Shown here: positions 56,435 through 64,000 of the stretch, one piece after another | Numbering within the stretch: position 1 is the first letter of the stretch | How the letters are laid out: each line of letters starts with the position of its first letter | IMG/VR virus record: IMGVR_UViG_3300020057_000496 | Span: 64,001-128,000 of that record | Direction: 5' to 3' (one strand) | Length of the DNA stretch: 64,000 bases | DNA from: a virus | Notes under the pieces: model-generated | Told to the model about the DNA's origin: nothing | The model's database searches: none | Seen by the model: only the letters and a program-made list of their open reading frames with translations | Program-made: the position numbers and the translations under genes

Positions 56435-57249
56435 TCACAATTGAAGAACTGCAGAAGGTCGTGGATGACAACTTCGGCGGCGTACTCACGGCTGGGGGTC
56501 AGCACTCCAATACCAGGGGCAAGGCCTGCGTCTGGGAGGCGTACAACTTCGCCGAGGGTGATTACTGGGGAGACCAGTGCCCTGATTGTGTCGAGCCGGA
56601 TCTATACCGGCTCCTGATCAAACTGAACGACTCGCGTCACTGGGCGAACGACACAGAGAGCGCGGAAGTGTTGTTGCCCGCCGTGGTCCGCTCCCTCGGG
56701 ACGCGAGGCGATGTCGAGGCACGGCGGATGCGGTCGTTCCGGTTGGCCGACGTGGCTGTCCGCGTGATCGCAGCGGATGCGCTAGACTCAGCGAAGCTGC
56801 CCGAGTTGGCTAGCCAGCTACGCGCGCTCGTGCCGATCACGGACGTGGCAACGGCCCTGGCTGCTCGCGACAAGTGTTGGGACGTGAGCACCGCCGACAC
56901 CGACACCGACACCGCCGCCGACACCGCCGCCGACACCGCCGCCGACACCGCCGCCGCCATCGTCAACACCGCCGCAGCCGCCACCGTCGACGCCGCCGCA
57001 GCCGGGCACGGCGCCGGCGGCGCCGCCGGCGCAGCCACTTTAGCCGGCGCCGTGCCCGACGCCGCCGCAGCCGGGCACGGCGGCGGCGGCGGCGCCGCCG
57101 CCGCAGCCACTTTAGCCGGCGCCGTGCCCGGCGGCGTCGTCGCCGTCGCCGCAGCCGCCTCCGCCGCCAGGCACGGCGCGTGGCGATCGTACGTCGACGC
57201 GATACTCGTCGCGGCCGGGCTCGCTGGCGAGAAGGGAGCTTGGGCGTGA
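56431..57249 (+). CDS. Phage hypothetical protein with Ala/Gly-rich repeat region
   Basis: GGQH...ACVWEA...PDCV...LNDS; gccgacacc and 63-bp repeats. Confidence 0.65.
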   Translation: MITIEELQKVVDDNFGGVLTAGGQHSNTRGKACVWEAYNFAEGDYWGDQCPDCVEPDLYRLLIKLNDSRHWANDTESAEVLLPAVVRSLGTRGDVEARRMRSFRLADVAVRVIAADALDSAKLPELASQLRALVPITDVATALAARDKCWDVSTADTDTDTAADTAADTAADTAAAIVNTAAAATVDAAAAGHGAGGAAGAATLAGAVPDAAAAGHGGGGGAAAAATLAGAVPGGVVAVAAAASAARHGAWRSYVDAILVAAGLAGEKGAWA

Positions 57250-57961
57250 GGGACTGGTGCGACGATCCGAGCCGCGAGAGGCGCGATGGCGCACGCGCCG
57301 CTGAGCGTGGGTACGTATCGCACGATGAACGCGAAAAGCTCCGCGACTATGAGGACGAATGCGCGCGGCACTTCCGGGAGGGGTATCGCACTGAAGAGCG
57401 TCGCCAGCAGTATCGCGAGGAAGAGCGCGCAGAGGAAGCTCGCCTTGAGCGTGCAGCATTCGAGCGCCGCGAGATAGCTCGCGGCGAGGCGGACGCGTAC
57501 GAAGGCCGCAGGCAGGAAGAACAGGAAGAGGAGCAAGCCGGGCCGGATGCCGCGATGTGCGACGAATGCGGTCGCAAGACGCGGCACCAGCTCACTGGCG
57601 AATGTACGGCGTGTGGCTCGATACTGGATCCGAAGGGGACGCCATGATGGACACGAGCAGCTGGCTGCTGGTCGAGACGTGGCTCTCTCTGGGGCTGCGG
57701 ATCGAGTGGTCACATGCGTGGGACGACGACAAGGATAAGGACGAGACGAGGGAGAAACGTGATCACAATACGTGCAGAGGTGGCGCGTTGGCGAGGCACG
57801 GCCGCGAACGAGATGATCACCGACGCTCGTCGTGAGGTGTTCGAAGAGTGCGCTGAGATCGCGGAGGCAGACGAGCCGCGTTCGCTGGCTGATTCCTCGA
57901 CTCGGATGGCCCCGCGCCGTATCGCTGCCGCTATCCGCGCCAGTGCGCAGAAAGGGACCTT

Positions 57962-58303
57962 ATGAGCGAGCGGTGTCACGTTAAGCAGTGCCCAACGTGT
58001 CCGTGGCGAGTAGACTGTGACCCCGAACAGGACATTCCGAACGGCTACAGTGTCGAGTTACATTTAAAGCTGCGCGGCACCATCAACGAAGGGCTCGCAT
58101 CCTTATTCCCTCGCGGCGGCATGCGTATCATGGCGTGCCATCACTCCAAGCCCGGTGAGGAGTTTGCCTGCGCCGGTTGGCTCTACAATCAGATCGGTGT
58201 GGGGAATAACCTTGGCGTGCGGATGGCCGCTGCTCGTGGCGATTTACCTGTGCCCGAGATCGGCGGCGAGCAACACGAGAGATTCGAGGACACGTTACCA
58301 TGA
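57962..58303 (+). CDS. DUF6283-like Cys-rich protein
   Basis: CPTCPWRVD...MACHHS...ACAGWL. Confidence 0.65.
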   Translation: MSERCHVKQCPTCPWRVDCDPEQDIPNGYSVELHLKLRGTINEGLASLFPRGGMRIMACHHSKPGEEFACAGWLYNQIGVGNNLGVRMAAARGDLPVPEIGGEQHERFEDTLP

Positions 58304-58668
58304 GTGCCAAGCGGAAGCTTCCTAGTGTTCCACCAACGGTTGAACCAGCCGGGTGCGTCCCTCGTTCATCACTAACGGGTTACGATCCTGGCCCGATTCA
58401 ACTGGTCCCGACCGCTAACTATCCGCTCACTCACCGAGAGATCGACGTGATCGAGGTAACACACTCGCGCGATATTCAATTCCCCTACGTGCGGGAACTG
58501 TGCGCGATGGCGCGACGCGCGATTGGGGATCAGGGTGTGCTCCATATGGCCGTCGTGCGCCTCGGTGGCGAAGTGGAGGGGCGACCGACTGGACGACATA
58601 ACTTCCTGCAGCGCATCGATGAGCTGAGGGAGCTGGAGAGGCGTTTGGCCAGGCGTGATCCTAGATGA
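58300..58668 (+). CDS. Hypothetical protein
   Basis: ATGA overlap; VVRLGGEVEGRPTGRHNFLQRIDEL. Confidence 0.6.
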   Translation: MSAKRKLPSVPPTVEPAGCVPRSSLTGYDPGPIQLVPTANYPLTHREIDVIEVTHSRDIQFPYVRELCAMARRAIGDQGVLHMAVVRLGGEVEGRPTGRHNFLQRIDELRELERRLARRDPR

Positions 58669-59031
58669 ACGAGACTTAGTTAAAGGAGTTTTACAAATGA
58701 AGAAAGTTTTACTTTGTGGACTACTGGTCGTGGTGAGTTTTTCGCTCGTCGTTGTATTTACTCGTGGCGAAGCCGACTGCGAGGGGGAGATCGAAACGGA
58801 CATCGATGGCAGAATTTGTGTCACCGAGACGAGTCCGGACGGCGGAGCGCTCCATATTAAACAAGCCGATCTACCCAGTGTGGGGCCTCACGGGGGACTC
58901 GTCGGGGCGGACGGTCAACACGGGTTAGTCCCGGCGGTGTCGGCCCGAAGACTGGACATTGAACACAGAAGCGAGACAACCAGTGAACACTAGGTGGTGC
59001 CTTCAGCGCGAGTACGAGAGGAGGAATCACG

Positions 59032-59319
59032 ATGAGTAGCGCGGAGTTAAAGAAACGTACGTGGCGCTACCTGCAGGCGCCGTCGGTTTACGAAATGGCC
59101 CCATGCGCGTGCGGGAACGTCGATACGCAATGGTCCGAGTACGAGAAGCACCTGTGGTGCAATCGCTGTGAGATCGACTTTGTCCCCGAGCACGCCGGAA
59201 TCTTCGATGGCCCGATTCCAGTTAATATCAGTCGTCTACTTGGTATTTCGTTCGATCGCATCGACCTCGCCACGGGTACGATCGAGCCGTTCATGCTGGA
59301 GGAGTCGGCCGATGTTTGA
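59032..59319 (+). CDS. Hypothetical Zn-ribbon protein
   Basis: CACG...WSEYEKHLWCNRC; gaggag RBS. Confidence 0.65.
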   Translation: MSSAELKKRTWRYLQAPSVYEMAPCACGNVDTQWSEYEKHLWCNRCEIDFVPEHAGIFDGPIPVNISRLLGISFDRIDLATGTIEPFMLEESADV

Positions 59320-59638
59320 CACAACCGACGAGCTGTTGCGCGCCGTCGCTGAAGCGGTTCTCGAACGCTGTACGGATTTTACCGACCAAAACTCGTGTGC
59401 GTACGTTGTTGGCTTAGAACTCGACGCCATCATTGTTAGGTGCACGTCAGAGCACACTCCAGAGTGGCATGGTGGGGGCGACAGGCTCGCCGCCGCCCGC
59501 GCGGAGGGTAGGGCCGAGGGTACTCGCGGCGCGTACGAGAACGCTGCCATGATCGCGGAGGAGAACCCACGCGGCTACGGTGAGTTCATCGCTGTTCTGA
59601 TCCGCCGTGCCCGAGCGCAAATTAAGGCGTCGTGCTGA
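59312..59638 (+). CDS. MSTxDELLRAV-family small protein (MFDTTDELLRAVAEAV)
   Basis: Shared N-terminal motif; ggagg RBS. Confidence 0.6.
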   Translation: MFDTTDELLRAVAEAVLERCTDFTDQNSCAYVVGLELDAIIVRCTSEHTPEWHGGGDRLAAARAEGRAEGTRGAYENAAMIAEENPRGYGEFIAVLIRRARAQIKASC

Positions 59639-60254
59639 CCGTCAATAAAGCAAAGTGCCGGAAGTGCCAGCAGGTGCTTGAGTCGAAGCATTTGACTGAG
59701 GTGCTTAAATGTAAGTGCGGAGCACTCGGGGTTTCTGGTGGTATCGGGAAGGCCGGGCACATTCACCGCATAGGCAACAGCGAAGATTGCGAGGAAATGA
59801 GTGAATACGAACGCAAAACCAAACCACTCCAATGGCCGTGGTAAGCAAAAGCCCAGACCAGTTCGAGTCAGCACCGGGCTCAAGAAGGAATGGCTTGAGG
59901 CGAGCAAGGAGTACCGGCGACTGGAGAATGGTGCCTGGATACCGGCCGGGTTTATGCTGGTGGTCGTAGACCGCGAGTCGCGCGAGGACTACCCGGTCTA
60001 TGCCGAGAAACAGCGTGATGTCAAGAGACTACAAATCGAGCTTGAGGGGAAACAGCAGACGGTCAGGGGCGTGGTCGAATGCCTAGATCAGTAAAGAGAC
60101 GCGAGGACGGATCAGTCGTTATAAGGCTCAACGGGAGAATGGTGGTCTTCGAGAAATTGTGCTTGGATGAGGCAAAAAAAGCAGATGCTACAGGGAGGGG
60201 CCGGGCAGTAATCAACCCCGCCCTAAAGGACGGGATTTCCGCCCCGGAGAATCG

Positions 60255-60740
60255 ATGATTCGTTATGTCAACGGGGATGCGACCTACCCAGTGGGCACTG
60301 GGTCCCGTGTAATAATACATGTAGTAAACGATTCGGGGGGTTGGGGGCGTGGCTTTGTTAGGGCCGTGACAATGCGCTGGCTGCACGTCGAGAAGGCTTA
60401 CCGGGAATGGGCCAAGGCAACGAATCCGGACGTCCCGTTCGAACTAGGCAGTGTCCAGTACGTGGCGGTCGGGCAGGATCTGTGGGTCGCTAACATGGTA
60501 GGACAGCACAACGTAGTCTGGGACGACGGGGTGCCACCTGTGCGCTACGGGGCCATTCGGACGGCCCTGGCTGACGTTGCAGCCTTCGTGCGCCCACTCG
60601 CAGCGACGGTCCATGCGCCCAGGTTCGGTGCTAGTCTTGCCGGTGGCTCATGGCGCGAAATCGAAAAGCTAATCCTGGAAGAACTGGCCGATACCGACGT
60701 TACTATCTACGACATGCCTGGCGGGAAGTACAATCCTTAA
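60255..60740 (+). CDS. Macro-domain (Appr-1-p processing) protein
   Basis: IRYVNGDATYP...IIHVVNDSGGWGRGFV...VANMVGQ...HAPRFGASLAGGSW. Confidence 0.88.
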   Translation: MIRYVNGDATYPVGTGSRVIIHVVNDSGGWGRGFVRAVTMRWLHVEKAYREWAKATNPDVPFELGSVQYVAVGQDLWVANMVGQHNVVWDDGVPPVRYGAIRTALADVAAFVRPLAATVHAPRFGASLAGGSWREIEKLILEELADTDVTIYDMPGGKYNP

Positions 60741-60970
60741 AGCCAGAGCGGCCGGAGGGACGAATGAATTTGCTTCAGCAAGTATATCTAGCGGCATACA
60801 TGGGCCACTTAGGAGTAAACGCCGGGCAGGACCGGCACCTGTTGTCCTATCCGTACACCCGCCGAGAAGCTCGCGACTACGCCGACTGGGTACTTCTGGA
60901 CGTTACGTTAATTAACCGCCTACGAGAACTAGGAGACCCCGAGCCGCCACTTTAATATTACGCCGCCCAC

Positions 60971-61002
60971 GAGCCGCGCCTGACGGTGCGGCTCTTTTTT
61001 TT
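60971..61002 (+). terminator. Rho-independent terminator
   Basis: gagccgcgcc-tgac-ggtgcggctc followed by a T run. Confidence 0.8.
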
Positions 61003-61119
61003 GCTCAATGTCAAGCATAAATATGGAGTTAAGATTTCGACTCCGAATTGCTTCTTCTTTCGTCCGACTGGCACAATGAGAATTGTGTTTTATTCTAGGA
61101 GACAGAAGGAGAAGTAGAA

Positions 61120-61410
61120 ATGCCAGTAGTTCGTTTGTTCGTAACTAATTTATCGTATGAGGCGGAAGAGGGGGAGTTAAGAGAGCTGTTCAGGCAAATC
61201 GGCAAGCCTACGATCATCAACATCATGCATGACCGTAAGACAGGCAACCCGCGTGGATTTGCTTTCGTAACGCTCGATACGCTGAGTGCTCCAGAGGACT
61301 GCTGGCGTGCCGTCATCCAGGGCGAGATGATCAGGGGTCGCCCGATTCATGTCGATTTCGCAATTCCCAAGGGGAAGCCAATTCAGGGGAATGATGTCGG
61401 CCGGACCTAA
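61120..61410 (+). CDS. RRM (RNP-1) RNA-binding protein
   Basis: RLFVTNLSY (RNP2), DRKTGNPRGFAFV (RNP1). Confidence 0.9.
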   Translation: MPVVRLFVTNLSYEAEEGELRELFRQIGKPTIINIMHDRKTGNPRGFAFVTLDTLSAPEDCWRAVIQGEMIRGRPIHVDFAIPKGKPIQGNDVGRT

Positions 61411-61730
61411 TGGCGCGCAAGTCCGACATAGATAAATCCGTATCTGACAAGCTCGACGAACACTTACTGGAAGCCCTCGATGAGCTGAAGAAGATCGTCA
61501 CGGACGCACGTCACCCGGAGCACAAGCGTCACTATTTCGAGGCGCTGCGCTTGATCATGAGGCATTGTGCGCCTGTCCGTAAGGAAATGGGTCCACCTGA
61601 CCCTGGGCTAACTCTCCAGATCGGAGCGCTCTTTCCAGGTACCCAGTCCGAGCCTCGTTGTGAAATTGACGTAACTCCGTCAAGCATAGAAGAATCAGAA
61701 GAACCGGATGTCGATCCAGAACTACCTTAA
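61410..61730 (+). CDS. Putative terminase small subunit
   Basis: Position and size upstream of TerL only. Confidence 0.4.
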   Translation: MARKSDIDKSVSDKLDEHLLEALDELKKIVTDARHPEHKRHYFEALRLIMRHCAPVRKEMGPPDPGLTLQIGALFPGTQSEPRCEIDVTPSSIEESEEPDVDPELP

Positions 61731-63162
61731 GCTTAGGCCAGAACTAAAGAAATACGAAAACGACCCGGTCGGATTTGCGAAGGCGGTATTTAACTGCCCG
61801 ATTGACCCATGGCAGGAAGAGTTTCTTTGGAACATCCAGAACCACCAAAAGGTGGCGTGTGCTGGCGCGACCGGAACGGGCAAGGGGTACGCGTCGGCAC
61901 TGGCAATCTGGTGGTTCATCTCGACGAAAGAGGAGGGAGGTAAGTTTCCGAAGTTAATGTGCACCGCGCCTGACGAGAACACATTGAAGCGAGGGGTCTG
62001 GGCGCAACTTTCCGAGTTGGCGCGACAAGCTCCGTTGATTCAGCTATTGTTCACTATTACGGCACAGAAAATTTACCTAAAGGGTGCCGAGCGTGAGTGT
62101 TTCTGTATTCTTAAAACTACATCGGCAAGATATTCCGCATCCGGCGATGCCCAGGCCGAAGGTTTGGCCGGTATGCATGCCCCCTGGACCCTTACGCTTC
62201 TTGACGAAGTAAGTGGCGTGGCAAGACCCAACGTGGAGGCCATTTTAGGTAGCTCCGTGGGGCCACAGCGCAAGGTCGTTATGACGTTCAATCCGTTGCG
62301 CGACGACGGGTATGTGTATCAGATATACACGGACAGGCGATACGGCGACGCCTGGAAGAAGATGAACGTATCATTCTATGATGTCAAAAGGCTATGTAGC
62401 GACCCGACACTAAGGGCCGAGAGGGAAAGTTGGGTAAAGACGTACGGGATGAACTCGGCATATGTCCAGGCTCGCGTGTACGGGAAGTTCCCGACCGCAG
62501 CTACTACGAATCGAGTCTTTACTATCGACGAACTAAAGAAAGCTCGCGCACGTAACGACTCACTCGAAGACGACGACACCCAGTCAGTACAGATAGGAGT
62601 TGACGTAAGTCGCTACGGATCTGACGAGACAATTTACTACGTTCGGCGTGGACTAAAGTCACTGGAGATGGTCTGCGAATCGCAGACGTCGGCGCCGCAC
62701 GTCGAAGGCCGTACAATTGAGTTAGCCACGAAGTGGTGCCCGGAAGGTAAGGACCCAAAGCAGCATACGTTGCTCGTCATCGACGAGACTGGACTCGGCG
62801 GTGGCCCGGTTGATCACCTACTTGAAGAGGGTTGGCTCGTGGCTGGCGTGAATAATGGTTCGTCCCCGACGATGCCCGAAGAGTACCGAATCATGATCGA
62901 CGAACTATGGCTGGAGGACGGCAAGGACGCCGTCCGTGACTGTGGGCTGGTTGACGACGACATATTAGTTAATCAACTACAGGGGCGTACTTATACGTTC
63001 ACTGGCAAGATGAAGCAACGGCGCATCTCGACTAAGGACGAAATGAAAGCGAAAAAGCTGGATTCGCCTGACCGCGCCGATGCGTTTATTCTGGCGTTCG
63101 CAGACCCCGGGAAGCTGAGCTTGCGCTCGATTGACTTGAAGTCAAGCATATATTTCCTTTGA
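61708..63162 (+). CDS. terL: Terminase large subunit
   Basis: DPWQ, GATGTGK, LLDEVSGV, TFNP, GVDVSRYGSDET, IDETGLGGG, SPDRADA. Confidence 0.92.
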   Translation: MSIQNYLKLRPELKKYENDPVGFAKAVFNCPIDPWQEEFLWNIQNHQKVACAGATGTGKGYASALAIWWFISTKEEGGKFPKLMCTAPDENTLKRGVWAQLSELARQAPLIQLLFTITAQKIYLKGAERECFCILKTTSARYSASGDAQAEGLAGMHAPWTLTLLDEVSGVARPNVEAILGSSVGPQRKVVMTFNPLRDDGYVYQIYTDRRYGDAWKKMNVSFYDVKRLCSDPTLRAERESWVKTYGMNSAYVQARVYGKFPTAATTNRVFTIDELKKARARNDSLEDDDTQSVQIGVDVSRYGSDETIYYVRRGLKSLEMVCESQTSAPHVEGRTIELATKWCPEGKDPKQHTLLVIDETGLGGGPVDHLLEEGWLVAGVNNGSSPTMPEEYRIMIDELWLEDGKDAVRDCGLVDDDILVNQLQGRTYTFTGKMKQRRISTKDEMKAKKLDSPDRADAFILAFADPGKLSLRSIDLKSSIYFL

Positions 63163-63232
63163 CGAATTTCATGTTCTTTACATTAATTTGTTATGATGAG
63201 ACACTTTGAGGACACTTTTCCAAGGGACCTAA

Positions 63233-64000
63233 ATGTTCGAAAGAATCAAGAGCGCTATATTTGAATCGCCAGCATCGCGCGAGATTGAACTGTCTGACAC
63301 TTCGGTACAGGTACGTGGTGGTGCGCTCGCAGGTATTGCGGCCTCACGCGATCGTTTTCTTCGTGGCTTTGACTTAACGTCGAACGGTAGTGGCGCAGTA
63401 CGACTGGCGAATCCGTATCCGCAGCACGTCTCCGTGTTCCGTTGCGTGAATCTTATCGCGACGGCAGTCTCGACCATTCCATATAAGCTCCGTAACGGCG
63501 AGAAGGACGTTCTATCCGGTCCAGTGTTCAGCAAGGTAGCACAACCGAACGAACTAATGAACTGGTCCGACCTATTGCTCAGGTTCATAACTGATTTACT
63601 TGTAGACGGAAACGCGTTCCTGCTCTGGGACGGCGAAGACCTATACCCGCTACCTCCGTCACTAATGTCTCCAGTAATGGAAAAGGGTAGTTACGTTAAT
63701 ATACACCACTGGGAGAAGTCGAACGGCAGTGGCCAAAAGCCGGACAGTATCGATCCAGCTAGCGTTATTCATATGGGGTACGCCCCTAGTATGAATAATT
63801 ACATTATGGGTATTGGTCCACTTGTTTCCGCCAAGATCGTAGTTGATGCCGACTATGCGTCTATGTGGAATAACCTTACAACACTGAATGGTGGCGGTCT
63901 GCCGGCCGGGATTCTGAAGTTCGTCGGCAAGGGGATGTTGACCGAGACGATGCGTAACGACATTCGCGAGACGTGGCGGCGTACGTTCGGTGGCCCCAAT
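63233..64000 (+). CDS. Portal protein, HK97-like (partial; runs off window, absent from ORF track)
   Basis: Hand translation: VFRCVNLIATAVSTIP...QPNELM...DLLVDGNAF...LYPLPP...VIH...GIGPL...GGLPAGIL. Confidence 0.85.
   Translation, partial: MFERIKSAIFESPASREIELSDTSVQVRGGALAGIAASRDRFLRGFDLTSNGSGAVRLANPYPQHVSVFRCVNLIATAVSTIPYKLRNGEKDVLSGPVFSKVAQPNELMNWSDLLLRFITDLLVDGNAFLLWDGEDLYPLPPSLMSPVMEKGSYVNIHHWEKSNGSGQKPDSIDPASVIHMGYAPSMNNYIMGIGPLVSAKIVVDADYASMWNNLTTLNGGGLPAGILKFVGKGMLTETMRNDIRETWRRTFGGPN

Noticed and set aside
56637-57713. Arg-rich ORF 56874..57647 (5' part) and minus-strand ORF 56637..57713
   Set aside because: Alternative frames of the GCC-rich Ala repeat in 56431..57249; only the part from about 57246 may be a real gene
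63229-63588. Minus-strand 119-aa ORF
   Set aside because: Antisense to the portal gene, which the track missed because it has no stop in the window

Overview
This window looks like part of a large tailed dsDNA phage genome (Caudoviricetes-like). From left to right: (1) a repeat-rich, mostly non-coding region (1-4.1 kb). (2) A minus-strand array (about 4.1-17.2 kb) of at least 26 small ORFs (47-93 aa) that share an N-terminal MLY(H/T/R)(I/L)(R/K)T(D/S)Y motif, often end in W-x-R-(V/L)-R, and have hypervariable middles. They are separated by a recurrent GATGTCG-(A)TACTT-CGACATC hairpin and 26-bp tandem repeats, and interrupted by a DUF559-like nuclease, a tnpB and a GC-rich restriction-modification/McrB fragment. 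(3) Accessory genes (thyX, CAP protein, Kiwa and XamI-like fragments, patatin, HNH, deaminase, AAA ATPase). (4) A plus-strand replication/recombination/RNA-repair block: PD-(D/E)XK nuclease, Sak4-like ATPase, SSB, SNF2 helicase with a class 3-type intein, Hjc-like resolvase, primase-helicase, PNKP, two RNA ligases, DNA ligase, class II RNR and atypical tRNA-like genes. (5) A second set of short ORFs sharing an MST(R/T)DELLRAV start. (6) The start of the packaging module (putative TerS, TerL, HK97-like portal running off the end). The best candidate for an undescribed system is the MLYHIRTDY mini-protein cassette array. A second theme is the repeated capture of truncated bacterial defence genes next to IS200/IS605-like hairpin ends. 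All family assignments come from motif recognition by eye; no searches were run.
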